Source: Paraphysomonas bandaiensis (lineage: Eukaryota > Protista > Chrysophyceae). Taken from it: DNA of 64,000 nt. The stretch lies in assembly GCA_965644295.1 (NCBI GenBank), contig CBFFRP010000128.1:1-64000 (forward strand), in the 5' to 3' direction. A program made the position numbers and the translations under genes. Below the pieces are notes generated by a model. It ran no database searches. It was not told the DNA's origin and worked only from the letters and a program-made list of their open reading frames with translations. This document shows positions 35,864-49,966 of this stretch, in pieces. Within the stretch, counting starts at the first letter, position 1. Every line of letters begins with the position of its first letter.

Positions 35864-38307
35864 CTAATTGTGGAACTTCTTTCCCGATGCCGCGTAGTCT
35901 TTCAAAAGTTGACATGGCTCGAACTGAGGTCCGTGCTTATCTCTGAACTCATACATTCGATCCACCATCTTCTGCGTACCAGTGATATCAAGCATACGGA
36001 AGGGTCCACCAAGGAATGGGGGGAAGCCAATTCCAAAGACTGCGCCGATGTCTCCGTCTGCAGGGGCGCGGATAATTCCATCCTGAAGACAATAGGCGGC
36101 TTCGTTGATGAATCGAGAAATCAATCTGCGCTGAATCTCTTCTGCAGGAATCACCTTAGAGTTTGCTTCTGGAAGGACCTCTTTCAAAGCAGTGAGCATC
36201 TCTGGGTTGAGTTGCTTCTTTGCATTCTTTTTCGCATCCTTTGGATAAAGGTAGAAACCTTTGCCAGATTTACGTCCGAGCCAGCCTTTCTCAATCATCA
36301 CAGAAAGCATAGCACTGTCACCCCCTTCCATGCGAACTCCCAAGTCTGCATTAGAGAGGAATTCCGATACCTTGTATGACACATCGATTCCGACCTCATC
36401 GGAAAGTGTAATAGGCCCAACAGGCATGCCGAAGTCCTTCATTGACTTGTCCAAAAGCTCTAGCTGGACACCCTCCTTGACAAGGGCCGACACTTCCGTG
36501 GTGAATGGTCCCAAACATCTGTTGACATAAAATCCAGGCACATCCTTGACAAGGATAGGTGTTTTGCCCTGTTTACTTCCGACCTCCATGGCTGCAGCCG
36601 CAACCTCTGGTGCAGTTTTATCATGGGTAATAATTTCCAGTAACGGCATCATTGGAACAGGAGAAAAGTAGTGCATACCAATAACCCTCTCCGGATGCTT
36701 GGCACCCTCTGCTATTCGGGTAATTGGAATAGCACTTGTGTTTGTCGCGAAAACGCAGTCCTTCGGTATGATCTCCTCCATCTCCTGGAGCACTTTGTGC
36801 TTCACACCCAAATCTTCAAACACTGCTTCGATGACCATATCTGCATGTCCAAAATGTTTTGGCCATGCGGGGGCCGAGTCGTGCATTGGTAAAACGCGAG
36901 AGGTGGTGGTGCAGAACTCGTGGTTTGTCATACGCTTCTTCTTGAGCTTCTGTTTCAGGTTTTTCACAATCATTGCCTCGCCCCTACTAGCAGCTGCAGC
37001 ATCTTTATCTTTCAGGAAAACACGGTACTTGCCGTTGGCTGCAGATACTTCAGCAATACCCGCACCCATTAGTCCTGCCCCTAGCACACCAATATTCTGA
37101 ATTTCTCTCTTGGGCTTTCCGAAATCGTGTTTCTTGACCGCATTCATACCGTGAAAGACTCCAACCAGGGCAGCAGATTCTGGGGTTGCTGCCAGCATTG
37201 CAAACTTGCTTGCTTCATACTCCAGGGCCTCCATCTTTGGTTTACCGTAGTTCGATTTCAGAACGTCAAGAATAGCGTAAGCAGCCGGGTAGTGTCCTCC
37301 GGTATTCTTATCGACCATTTTCTTTGCTTCAGAGAACATGTACGACCGACCGAAAGGAACATCCTCAACAACCCGTGCGATGATATCCTTCTTGCGTTGA
37401 CGGGGCTTTACCTTACCGGAAGCAAGGCCTTTGGCTTGTTCAATAGCAACGCTCTCCAACGAGGCAGGGTCAACGACCTACACGACAGGACGGGTTCCAT
37501 TAAATGCATTGACCATATAATGCATTCCGGAAAAAACTGTAGCACATATCAAAACTTACCAAGTCAACAAGTCCTATCTTCTTTGCCTTATCCGGTCGTA
37601 CATTCTTTCCGGTAAGAATCATATCCAGCGCCGTCTGATATCCAACCAATAGAGGAAGGTGGTAAGTTCCAGCCATACCTGGCATGATACCGAGTTTCAC
37701 TTCGGGCAGACCAAGGACTGTTTTTTTGGAGGTAGTGGCAATGCGGTAATCACAGTACATAGCCCATTCTAAACCCCCTCCGAGGGCGGATCCATTAATT
37801 GCAGACACAAATGGAATACCAGTTTTTTTCTTGACATCAGCAAAGAATTCATGGGCCTTCATGCAGATGTCTTTCAACTCAGCTTTATTTTCAATACTTT
37901 TGATCTATAAATAGCTCATCAATGAATAGTAATAAATTAATAGATACGTAAATATACCATATCAATATCTGCTCCGGCAATAAAATTATCACTCTTGGAT
38001 GAGATAAACACCACCGCCTTAACATCTTTGTTCCCCACGACCTTATTCATCATAATGTCCTCCGCATCCTTCTGAAACCCGGCCGATATGGTGTTCATTT
38101 TCCCCGGACCATTGAACCGAACTATAAGACAGTCATGTTATGTTTCAAGTGGATCTCATTGTATCGTAACGTACCGATAGCCACACCATCCTTTACCTCA
38201 AAGTTATCGAAGTACTGATACTCACGGGCAGAGTTACACAGAGCACGCAGTGCACTAGAGGTGCGATGCTTCCCAATAGTTTGAATACCACGACGAAGAG
38301 AGAGCAT
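35864..38307 (-). CDS. HADHA: Mitochondrial trifunctional enzyme alpha subunit
   Basis: Transit peptide; hydratase motifs ([21 protein letters not shown]); HCDH motifs ([49 protein letters not shown]). Confidence 0.96.
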
Positions 38308-38984
38308 GCTGTAGTTAATGTTGTGAACGATGTGCTGAGTGCATAACCACATCACTCCTCTGCATACCTGCTGCTGTCGCTGTATACTATACAGACATAC
38401 ATACAGCAGCAGTACACACACATATACATGCATACAGAGAGATGCACACCTCACACATATATACACATACACAGAATGCTGCATACGTATATACATACAT
38501 ACATCTATATGCGGCGAAGATCACCACTTTTTTTTTGCATTTTCACTGCAATATTACGGGCTACCTTTCCTGCCTCGTTAATAACATAATGAAATTTAAC
38601 CGGATAGCAGTCCGGGATGGTTTCGTCCCCTACCTGTTCAGATACAATTTATATTACGGGCTACAGATTGCAGCCACTCTCTCCTCCGCTCACATACCAA
38701 CGGATAGATATCCGCTATTTCTCCCGGTTGTTGTGGAGTATATACGCATTGCAATATACAGCAGTATAAAAACTCCATCCAGTTGTATGCCCAGCATACA
38801 TACATACATAGCATACAGAGTATGCCCCTCTATACTATTTACCAGTCAATCCATACACTCCCTACTCTGCTGTATACACCCCCCTCACATCACATACATA
38901 TATACATACACAGCCTGCAGTTGATCACTATTATTAACCCACTGAAACCACGCGATGCTATAAATCCCCTCCAATATAATTATA

Positions 38985-40600
38985 ATGCAGAGGTTTAGTG
39001 GCTTATTCCGAGCATCCTCAGGGGGTCGATCTCTGTTCGTGGTGAGTGCACTGCACAGTGTGTGTGTGTAGAAATATTTATATATATGTCTGTACAGTCC
39101 CCTCAATTAACACGATCGTTATGCCTCATAACAAAGAAAGAATACATCAATCAGCGGGATTTATATAATCAGCAGGTAATGTGGGATTATCTCATGCGTT
39201 TGATGTGATTTAATGGTTGTACAGTTGACCGATTTGAGGAAGCAGTGGGCTGCTGACTACAGTGCAGAGCAGGAGCGTCTTGATGAAGAGAAAAGGTGCG
39301 TAAGGTTATTAATATAATATTGTGGTTGATGGTAAAAATAGATTGGAAATTGAGCGCGCTATATTGCGTAAAGCTATTCGGCTTCGCGAAAAGAGACAAG
39401 ATTCAGAGCGTCGGAATGAATTGAAGCGTATTGCCATGGAGAAAATTCGCTTGAACTATCGGTATGCACACTGCAATGCCGTGATATAATTTACTGACAT
39501 ATGGCATGTGAATCGCTATAGTGAGCATCTAGCGCGTCTTTCAGTGCGTGCTAAACAAAAGGATGAAGTCCGTCGGGCACGTCTCCAGCGACTTATTGAA
39601 CAATTAGAGGCCGAGAGCAAGTACTGGATTACTCCCCAGAATATGGAAGAAAAAATCACTGAAGAATTATTTCAAAAGCCCTGTACAACTGGGGTAGTCA
39701 CCAAGTATAGTGAATTTTGGCGGTACTATTGCCGTTCTTCTAATGTCAACCGCACGCTGATTCAAATCATGCAAGACATGAATGAAACCCCCGGGTCTGA
39801 CAGTAGGACCGACTCAGTGCGTGCTCGTATGGAAGAACGAGCTCGAAAGAATACGATGCGCAAGGAGGCAATTGCTCATATGCTTAACGGTATGATTGGT
39901 ACAGGAAAGGATCGAGAACGGTATGAGGAGTTCGTGGATGGGTTCAGCTCATTTGTGGAGAAATCCGCTGGCCCTGTCGGCAGTGAAGAGAGCGGTAAAT
40001 TCGAAAACGGTACTAAACTGCCAGATTTGAATAATCTTACAAGAACCGATATGATGGAACTGTTTGGAGACTCAACGGTACATTTGTTGTTTATGAATGT
40101 TAGAATTTTCTCATCCATTCATGTGATAATCGCAGGATGAATTCAGCACTCAGCAACTGAAGGATGAGCTGGATAAGATCCTCGGGGATCGAGAGGAACT
40201 TTTCCCAAAAAAATCATCGGCTGCTAAAGAGTTGTTTCCAATGGATGATTCGGATTCAGAATCCGACAGTAGCAGTGATGATGAACATGAGGTTACCCGA
40301 TCTGATTCCCCACTCCCAAGAGACGACAACGTAGGAGAGGAGTTGGACACCTCCTCCGGCAGCAGTGATGAAGGGGAAGATGATACCTCTGAAGATTCAT
40401 CTTCTGAAAGCTCGTCCGACGACTCTGAGGATTCAAGTGACGAGATCGAGGATGACAGGAAAATGTATGCTACCGCTGATGCCGCAAGTGTGGAGGAACT
40501 CATTGAAGACGTTGAATTTGTGGATGAAAACGACGTGGATGCAGTTAGAGTATTATATGAGAAAATTAAGCGGAAAGCACTCAATCAACAGCAATTCTGA
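38985..40600 (+). CDS. Mitochondrial protein resembling ribosomal mS26, with acidic C-terminal extension (6 exons)
   Basis: Transit-like MQRFSGLFRASSGGRSLFV; Arg/Glu-rich helix; ESKYWITPQNMEEKITEELF resembles the mS26 C-terminal FITxENL..I..AL motif; divergent from HADHA. Confidence 0.55.
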
Positions 40601-40916
40601 GCAGTGCACGAGAATCTCAGTATATGGTTTGCGCTGCTGCCCCATCCTTCCTAATAATTAAGTCATCATAACAACGAGTATCATCTCATTAGTGCTTTAT
40701 TTCACCCAGGACCCAGTATATTGTCATTATCACAACTCGCTGTGGACAAACTTAGCTATTAGTGGAGTCAAATTACACGTATAATAAGTATGCAGATGTC
40801 AGAAGTAGAGCTAGTACTCGTGCTTCGAAAGGGCAATACTATTTTTTCACGAAACTACTCCGATCTGCAAGAATACTACCGAACTTATTCTAATCGATCA
40901 CTGCCACAGTACTTAT

Positions 40917-41708
40917 CAGGGATAGGGAACAATATATAATACTATTGTTAGATAGCTTTCCATCAATAGTATTGATCATGGAGTTTTTAAACCGGCCCTA
41001 CAATACTATTGCAATAAATTGCAATATATTGTCATATATCATATATTAGTACGACTAAAATCAGCAAGTAAACACATCCGGAGTTTTTAGTACTTGCCAT
41101 TTTAAGGTCTAAGGTCACTTAGTCTTGATAATCAGACCCACTACTCTTAACTGATTAAAAGTTTCCTCATACTCATCCTCTGAGCCATCATCGGTGACAT
41201 CATCACCACCATATTAATTCAATATTGATTGAAAAATCCTTGCATCCGGCCACAACTGTCGGTTAGCTTTCAGAAACAACAGCATATTAAGTGTAGTAGG
41301 ATGCATACGTTTGTGCAACACTCATATTATCAGTTTTGCTGCGCTGAACAGGCGTTCACATGTATTGGAAGTACATACTACATGACTCGTGCACCTGTAC
41401 TTAGATATTTCAACTTTCCGTTTCTTAAATTTTTGAGCTGATTGAAGAATTTTCTCCACATATCCAACTTCTACTTCATCGTCCTCTATATTGTTGCAAT
41501 AATCACTGTCTGAACGGAGATTTATATACATGGACTTATATTTTTACCCTACAGTTAAGAATATTTCTGTATATTTTGCCTATCGTAATATTGATTGCAA
41601 TATATTGCAATATATTGTGAGTTACTTTAACAGAAACAATATTGATAGAATATTTGACCAGTCCACCAATAAATATATTGTACTATGTATTGCAATACAA
41701 TATCCCTG
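40917..41708 (-). mobile_element. hAT relic
   Basis: Ends CAGGGATA...TATCCCTG; CAATATATTG subterminal repeats; TSNTCERLFSAAKLII motif; no clean TSD. Confidence 0.75.
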
Positions 41709-41789
41709 CGGTATATATCAGTGTGAAGATGCTTCACTACTTATTCTTATAAAACCCCAATATGTAAAACATGTACTGAAATGCTCACG

Positions 41790-42482
41790 CAACACTATAC
41801 TTCATACAACAGGAGTAGATGATGCAGCAGTAGAACGAATCGTATCCATGTTTTCTTATTTTCATAAATATATTGGAATGAGACTTGATCGTACATTAAG
41901 TGATGTGTTATCAGATAGTTTATTTCAGAATGTGAAGAATGCACACTGCATGGGAGTTACTCACTAGTGCTCCTCGAAATATCACAGCCATAGATATGGA
42001 AAATCTTCTTACTGTTATGCAAACCTCACATTCATTTCTTCAACGTCCGGAAGACAACAACGTTGGTGTACATGAGTACGAACACGTCTTTTCACATTCA
42101 AGTCGTCTAGTTGTTGACCCATATAATTCCAGTGTATGCGCTGTTGCGGCAGAGAATATGAAACGGGAGCTCATTATTGCTGGTTTAACCGAACATATAA
42201 AATCTTTCTACTACTTGCTGTGGAAGCGGCTAAATATCGCACTGAATCGGTTGCACTGCTAAGGTTGAAAATCACGGAGTCCCTTCAATATACAAAAAGT
42301 TGTGCATACACCAAAAAACACCACCCCCAGAAAAATTGTTCTCTCCGGAAGTAATTGACATGTTACACAAGGAATTACAGTGCGAGAAAGAGTTATATCT
42401 TGTAGCTCAGTTGGCTATTTACAACCATACTATTGAGTCCGCCGATGCAGAATATCACAGGCTGTGCTCTGACATCTCGTGA
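41790..42482 (+). pseudogene. Possible frameshifted gene fragment, unknown product
   Basis: Three overlapping protein-like ORFs in different frames; no recognisable motif. Confidence 0.25.
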
Positions 42483-43049
42483 GAAGGGACATATAAACCT
42501 CATAGAAATGTCGGTTTTATGTCAAGAAGTGCTAGAAGTTTATTGTCATATGGCTAGAGGTATCAACTGGCGTTATAGTATAGTTTTGCGTTAGTGAAAC
42601 GATATTGCTTTGAAGAAAATATTGATTATGAAGTGCATGTCAAGATGATGCCAGCGTCATTGTTAATATAATCGTAGTCAATGGTGTGCGTATACAATTG
42701 TGAAAGAACGGTTCGAAACGATTCTGTTATGTAGTGGCTTAATAATTCATCAGAGACCTACAATATGTTGCACCCGGTTTAGTGTGTATGGACAATATAT
42801 TTATAATAATATGCTACTCCAACATATCTCACTGAATAAGTACTTCCGCTTTGAAGGGAAGAATTCAATGCATTAGGCAGCAAATTTAATATAATTCAAG
42901 TTTACAATTCCTGATCGCTGTCTCAGTACACTATTACTGCTGACTCTATTAATTACCAAGCTACATCGAATGTGTGACAACATATCCCGCATATTCTTCA
43001 GGGTGACGACAGAGAGCGAGCTGGATCCTTGCTGGAACAGCGTCTGATC

Positions 43050-43125
43050 TGATTAGTTACAGGTAGAGGTCTGACTAGCATTCATCTAGCTACTAAGTTG
43101 GTACCTATTGCTAAATAACAATACT
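43050..43125 (+). mobile_element. Short non-LTR 3'-end fragment
   Basis: GATTAGTTACAGGTAGAGGTCT..CTAGCATTCATCTAGC...CCTATTGCTAAATAA matches 150-240. Confidence 0.6.
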
Positions 43126-43326
43126 ATCAATACTCTTGCTATATTTTCACAATGAAGAATAAATCTTTATGTCGTCTTCGGTGAAAATATAAAATTACTG
43201 TGCTCCATTCTGAGTTCATGTCCATTTGTAGTAGTTGTTATGATTAAATAAAGCACTCCATATGTAAATCCCGGTATTTCGTATATAGCATAATTCAAAC
43301 TACATCTGCACAAGCTGAGCCAATAC

Positions 43327-43650
43327 TGCCCCATTCCGAGAGCGTACCCTAGTGAAGTGCTAGTGTTAACTAAGCTAAGTTACGTATAGATTATTAATAA
43401 AAATCTGAGCGTATTGTTTGTGGGTCGGCACCAAGAACACTCTAGCTAGATCTACACTATACTTGCATAGCCTATATGAGATTACGAGAAACCCCGCGCA
43501 TTCTAGGGGAGGGAAGGGGGTGGCCAATGTCACACTAGACCTATACTGAGTCATGCATGGTCACGAGAAGTCCCGCGTAATCTCTGCAAAGGTTAGCACA
43601 GGTGGGGCACCAGCAAGCCTACACTATGGCCACGCCCTCGGAATGGGGCA
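43327..43650 (+). mobile_element. TG...CA MITE copy 3 (324 bp, internal deletions)
   Basis: TIR TGCCCCATTCCGAG...CTCGGAATGGGGCA; flanks AATAC and CATAG do not match each other. Confidence 0.9.
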
Positions 43651-44149
43651 CATAGCATATGCGATATCACTGTTCAATCTACTGCTTATGTACATGTTCA
43701 TATGGATGGATGTAACAACGTGGACATGATGCTGGACGATGTTAGTACGCACAATCCCCCTCAGCACGATCCACACACATGTACAAGCAATGCACACCCA
43801 TATGGACATACACACACACTGTGACCACAGATGGACACAGTCGTACTTTATGCTATTTTTGTTACTTTTTTTTGTATTTTCTAAAATTTTAATTGAAATT
43901 TTCACCTCCATCTCCGCACTTGCCAACCAGCAGTTTAAAAAAATAGAAGACGAAATTTTCAGATGATCTGCCGACCAACAGTTAAAATCATCGTATATGT
44001 TTTTGTATATAGCATCTTGTGTAAAGAAAAAAAGTGAGATGTGAGCTGAGGGGATTGTTACGTACACCATAAGAGTGTGTCGTGGCATAACTCTTCATCA
44101 GTATCGAGCTCCATTTAGACGGGTAGACTCTATTGAATCTTACAGGGAG

Positions 44150-46022
44150 ATGGACGACATGAGCCATCGGTTCCTCGGAGAGGCCGAGGCGACAAGTGTC
44201 TTGTATAAGATCATTGCCAGCATGATATTTGTGACCATGTCTTTTTGTTTCTTCTTCCCGAACAATAGGTTCATTCCTTTAGATAGGAGAACTGCTGCTG
44301 CTATCTCTGGTACACTGTGCTATGTCACTCGTGCTTTTATCTTTCCCGACCATCGAATGGATGTCGAAGAGGCTGTAGATTTTGATGTGCTAGTTCTGCT
44401 GGCAGCCATCATGTGTATCAACTACATTGTAGTGAACCAGAAAGAAACTAAAGATGTGGTAGAATATGTTCAGAATCGTATCAAAGACAGTCCGAAGAAT
44501 GGTTTTTGGTTGGTTTCTGGTGCTGCATTTTTAGCTTCTCCGTTTCTCACTAATGACGGAGTCTGCCTTCTCTTTGTTGAGCCAATTTTAAACGCCTTTG
44601 ATTCACTTGAAGAAGAGAAAGAAGGCGGTGCGAAGTCTAGGGACGAAGACGATACCTTACAGGACCCAAATGAGTTTAAACTACAGCGTGGTGATGCGTT
44701 GTATTTTCTACTTGGCTTGGCCTGTTCATCTAATATTGGGAGTTCATTGACTTACACGGGAAATCCTCAGGTGCCATAACCGCTTGCGCTGCATACATAA
44801 TCTTACATTTGTTCTATTATTTTAGAATATGATTGTTTCTCAAGATGCTATAGATGTGATGCCTCCGTATTTGTTCTTGTTTTACATGTTGCTGCCGGCG
44901 GTCTCCAGTTGGCTCATCACACTTCTCTTCGTACAACGGTGCTGGACCAAATCACGTGAAATGAAATCGCGCGGTCTATCTCTCTTTAACCGCAATGCGC
45001 CGCCAGGGAAGCATTTCACGATTACCGGAAACCCGATGGTGGACAGTACTCATAGTAGTCTGGATGAATCGGGCTCTGTGTCTACCGATGTGGACGAGAG
45101 AGCCATTGAGATGGCTTCCGTTGACACTGAAAGGGCTATTGCTCTTCAGACTGCGATCAATGAACGCCGAGCTCGTAGAAGGCAGAAACCTCTTGATATT
45201 GTCATATTTAACAAGAAATCGGAAGATGAGGAGAGCAATGGGCATGCTGGCGAACGCAGCCCCCCTCCTAACACCATTATTCGTAAGGTCGCTAAGATCA
45301 TTGTTTCACCTTTCCCGTACGCTATGATGATCATCATGGCAGTCATGATTGCTCTTATTTTTGTGGACATCATGTCTATCGCTGGTTTGGTGTGTGTAAC
45401 AGCCGTTGTGATGACGATCTGCCTAGTGTTAGGCAATCACTGGCAAGGGCTTCCGATTTTTGGTGGCGATGAAACCGCCGCTCCTCTTACCGCCGAAGAG
45501 AAAGCTATGAACACATCGCTGTTTTTCGACGAGCTGTTTGACAGTATTGACTACTCGTTACTGATGATTTTCCTTGGTACTTTCATCGTAGTCGAGAATA
45601 TGGACTCGACTGGGATCCCGAAGTTGATTTGGGACAAAATTGTCGGCAAAACCCCTTTCGACACGTTTTCCTCTGTAGCAGGAATTTCAGCCTTTGTCTT
45701 GATTTCATCTCAGTTCCTCGGTAACGTGGCTGTTGTGCAGCTTGCGAAGCCGAATGTAGAGCCATTGGAGGATGCTGAGCGCAGATATGCGTGGGCAGTT
45801 ATCTCTTTCGTGGCTACTGTTGGGGGAAATTTGACGATCACCGGTTCGGCTGCAAATATTATTGTCGCCGAGAAGGCTGCTCGCATTGATCCCTCCTCTG
45901 CAATTGATTTCTTTAAGCACTATGCAGTGTGCTTTTGGGTTACGCTCTTCTCATGTATCATGGGTGCACTTATGATTACTGCTGTTGTTATGATGGATAA
46001 CAACCTCAGGGAGTCGTGGTAA
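44150..46022 (+). CDS. Lsi2-like (ArsB/NhaD/CitMHS superfamily) transporter
   Basis: PLDRRTAA, AVDFDVLVLL, FLTNDGVCL, SSNIGSSLTYTGNPQNMIV, FLGNV and GGNLTITGSAANIIVAE motifs; intron ~44771-44825. Confidence 0.88.
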
Positions 46023-46478
46023 TATATGGAAGGTGCTATTATGATAATAACTCAATCAAGAAATCGTAGTATGTCTGAAAGGAAGAGTGCAACGAGTGGC
46101 TTAGCGATACACTCTTATGTTTTCATTTCCTGTATGCGTAATAATTAAAGTATGGTTATCGCCTAAATGTCCAGTGTAGCTATTTCTCAGCACATCAGAA
46201 CACAATAAATAAATACACCTACAACGTTTTCTACTGAAAGCATCAACACACTATACCACATATTTTAAATGTAGATGCTGTCAACTCTTTCCTAGGCAAC
46301 TCAGGAATAGGGAAAAATATACAATTACTGAAAACTTATCATGAGAATGTCTCAAAGCGTTGGGTATTGATTCAACGTACGACTTATTACAACGCAAAAA
46401 CAAGAGTGATAAAACAATACAGTAAACGGTACACGGTTCCAAGAAAAAAAGTCCACTTGAGCTAGAGAATAAAGGTAT

Positions 46479-47068
46479 TCACATACCGGTATACTTCAAG
46501 TCTCCAGCTCCAAGGGTCATAATTTGGAGAGTTATTGCAAATCCAACAGCAAACACTGAAGATCTCAAAACAGACAGTGGGAAGTTGAAAGCAACCACAT
46601 ATATTAAAACATAAGCGCAGCGGACAAGTACAAATGCATTACAGAGTTGCACAAACTCGTCGGATTTGACACCAGCTATGAAAGCCATAATCACTGCCAC
46701 GGAAAAACCAACAAATGCCTCCAGTGAGTTCATATGAGCAGCAAATGCCCGTGCTGCCGTCTTTTCCTGTTGGAAACTTAGACGTAAGTCATAGTCTATA
46801 CATGTACATACCTTCCATGTCCCTTTCGAGCCACCAGATGTCCTAAATGAGGCCTGAACCGCATCATACTTTCCACAGAGGAGCACAGACAGTGCAACAT
46901 GAATAGCTTTTGCTGCACTGTTAGAGTATTGATGTAAGACAAGTGTTCCTTGTGAGGTATATGTACTTACTATGCGATCATGAACACACACACCACACAT
47001 CCGAAAGGAGAAAACACCAGAGGAACCTTCTGGAGATGAGGAGCTATCAGTTTGAATATCGGGAGCAT
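46479..47068 (-). CDS. MAPEG family membrane protein (3 exons)
   Basis: RAFAAHMNSLEAF and FVLVRCAY...LRS motifs; about 4 TM segments. Confidence 0.8.
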
Positions 47069-47541
47069 TAGATATGAGGTAGAGTGATATGTACGATGAA
47101 GTGTATGATTATGAACTGCAGGTTTGAGTATGTTATGAGTGAGTGTCGGGAGGAGTGTATCTAGCTATTGATGGGCGTGTATGGTAGACGACTCTGTATG
47201 TAGAAGGGGAGGAACACTCAACACTTGGCTTCAGCAGGTTGGAGAAACTTCTGGACAAACACGTACACTGCTTGACGTAAGAAAATGAAGAAATTAGGGA
47301 TTTTGTAGGAAATGTGGAATTTTTAGAAGTAAGTTGACTTCGAAGTTCGAGACAGACTGCTGTACCTGTACCTGTACCTGTACCTGTACATGCTGTACCA
47401 TAATCCAGCAGTACATACATATATACATGCGATGTACTGGACTGGACGTGTACCGTATACGGGTGTATGTTAGGGATGTGTTCTCATATCTCATATAGGC
47501 ATACATACATACATGCATGCACCACACTCTCACTCTCCATC

Positions 47542-49966
47542 ATGCTCACCCTCCTCATCATACTCCTCCTCTCATCCCCCATCACTCCAACCCATCCAAT
47601 CTCATGGAACAATGCTATATATGACCCTATTAGTAACCTCACTGTCCTGTACGTACCTGTCCCGGAGTGTGATAGTGTGTCGTGGGATTGTCGCATAGTC
47701 AGCAGCTGTGTGCCTCTACACACACATACATACTGTTCCTCTCAACCTCATCATCACACTGTCAAAGTCAGAGGAGTCATTGAAGGCCCTGTTAATGGAT
47801 GGTTCACTTATCGTAACGGTTCCATTCGAGAGTTTCATGTTCGTTTTCATGTTTCATATGGAGAGCACTGTGATGGTGCGTGGGTGAGCTTTACGAGAGT
47901 TGGGAGAGCATGTAGTAGTGGTCATGTGGTGTCCCCGATGGTTATGAACGGGATAGTTGAGTTTAAGGTGCATGCCATGGCGACAGACTCGGACCGAACA
48001 CACAAATTAGTAGTCAACGTAAACGGTAAAGCTTCCATTAGTGTCCATGTCCCCAATCGGCAACAAATCTGCTCTTCTAATTCTCAAATGGAAGATGAGA
48101 CTGATTCGTCTTCAGTTGTTCACTTTGCAGCAGATTACAGCTCCTACTTCATCTCTGGTGAGGTGGAAGGTGCTGGAAGGTGTCAGAGGACCACCCACCT
48201 GTTTTTTGAGTCTGTACCCTCAGTGCCCGTCCTTGATAACCCAAGTAAAAATACAACAACAGAGCAGCTACGAGTATTTTCTTCTCATTGGAAGAGCCTT
48301 TCACACAGTCCGACAGTGACCCCGACGAATGAAACTTCTGCCCATCGGCACATGTGCCTCTACTTCAATGCCGCCAATGATGGCATGAAGCACAAGGTTT
48401 TGCACACTATACGTTCCCTAGATGCTACCACCTACTCGTGGACATTTTTTGCTTGTACCCTGCCACATATGGATGTAGACAAAGACACTATCATTCCGTC
48501 ATTGAGATCTTTACCAAACGTGCGAATTCGCCCGTGTTTACCTGCAATCGAGCTCAGTCTAGAAGACATGTCTGCTTCTTCCTCCTTAAACGCCTCTGAC
48601 TCTTTACTGGAATATAGTTCACAAAAAGGTGTGCCAGTGGACATGGGCCTCGCTTTTGAATATGCTGTGCTCCGTCTTCACGCCTCCCGAAACCACACCT
48701 CATCAACCTCTAGTAGTGTTTCCATGCTTTTGGATGGCGTCACCCCTCAGTGGGTGCAATCTCTTTGGGTTCAAGCTTTGGATCATTTTGCTACTCTTCC
48801 TAAACCCTGCAATGCCATTCTATTTGGAAACGAACGTAGCGCAATGTCCGGGCTGTTCACAGAAGTCGCGCGGATGCTTCGGGTACCAAGGTGCTAGCAT
48901 GTATTCTGTATGTCGTTGCTTACATCTAATAATGAATGACAGTTTGATGGAACTCCCGAACCTCTTTCCCCATCCAATTGTGCGTCCGGATATTGTTATT
49001 GCGGATTCCGTGTTTGCACTAAATCACTCCTCTGTGAGTCCTCTATTTACTGTCTCACCGGATCTCCCTGGTGTTGCACCTTCCGAAGGAGTGGTAATAT
49101 CGTCAGGGATAGACACTGTTAGCCGCCAGCAGCAATCAATTACGAATGGAAAATACTTATGTCCTTCCTACTGCCGACCCTCTCCCCCTCCAGATTATTT
49201 ATTGTTTTCAGAATATGCCAGAATATTCCCGAGGTGTGGAGACTGTTTTATTGTGGGGATAGTTTGTAGGCTATCAGAAGAAAAGGCTGTCGGTTTATTT
49301 CTACTTGCAGCTGCCGAGGCAGTTCATACATATGGATGCAAACATTGTCATTTCATTATCATTGGAGACGGGCCACTGCGTGTGCGTCTAGAAGATATGA
49401 GCAACAGACTTGGGGTCAGTGATCAGGTAACATTCCTAGGCTGGGTAGAAAATGATTCCCTCCCTGGGCAACTTGCCTCTTGGGATGTTGCTGTAACAAC
49501 TGGAGCATGGAGAGAGACTTTTAGTATAGTAGGGTTAGAACACATGGCACTAGGAGTGCCTCTTGTCACGTACGCTGCGGGGGGCATGGGAGAGTACGTA
49601 GCCGAGCCAGAAAACTCTATCCAGATTAGAGTGGAGGAGTATTTGGATGCACTTTTTTCTGATACCGATGGGCTGCATGAACTGTGGGCTACGTCGGGAT
49701 GCATGTATTCTTATAATATTGAGAGACTGTACAAGTCTGACAAAACAGTGAAGTTTCCATACCCGTTTATGGAGAGTGACAATGCGATAGTTACTATTGA
49801 CCCTTGTCCACATGCCTTGGCTGCTGCAATGCTCTATCTCGACAAGAATGACGATGTGAGGAGTAAGATTGGATATCAGGGGATAGTAACAGCCACAAAT
49901 CATTTTTCCAGTGAAAAAAATATCTTAGCGTACGATAAATTATTTTATGACATAACAAGCACGTGA
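47542..49966 (+). CDS. GT4 (group 1) glycosyltransferase with long N-terminal region
   Basis: Signal peptide; VGIVCRLSEEKAV, IIGDGPLR, FLGWV and ETFSIVGLEHMALGVPLV (EX7E) motifs; intron ~48891-48942. Confidence 0.85.
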
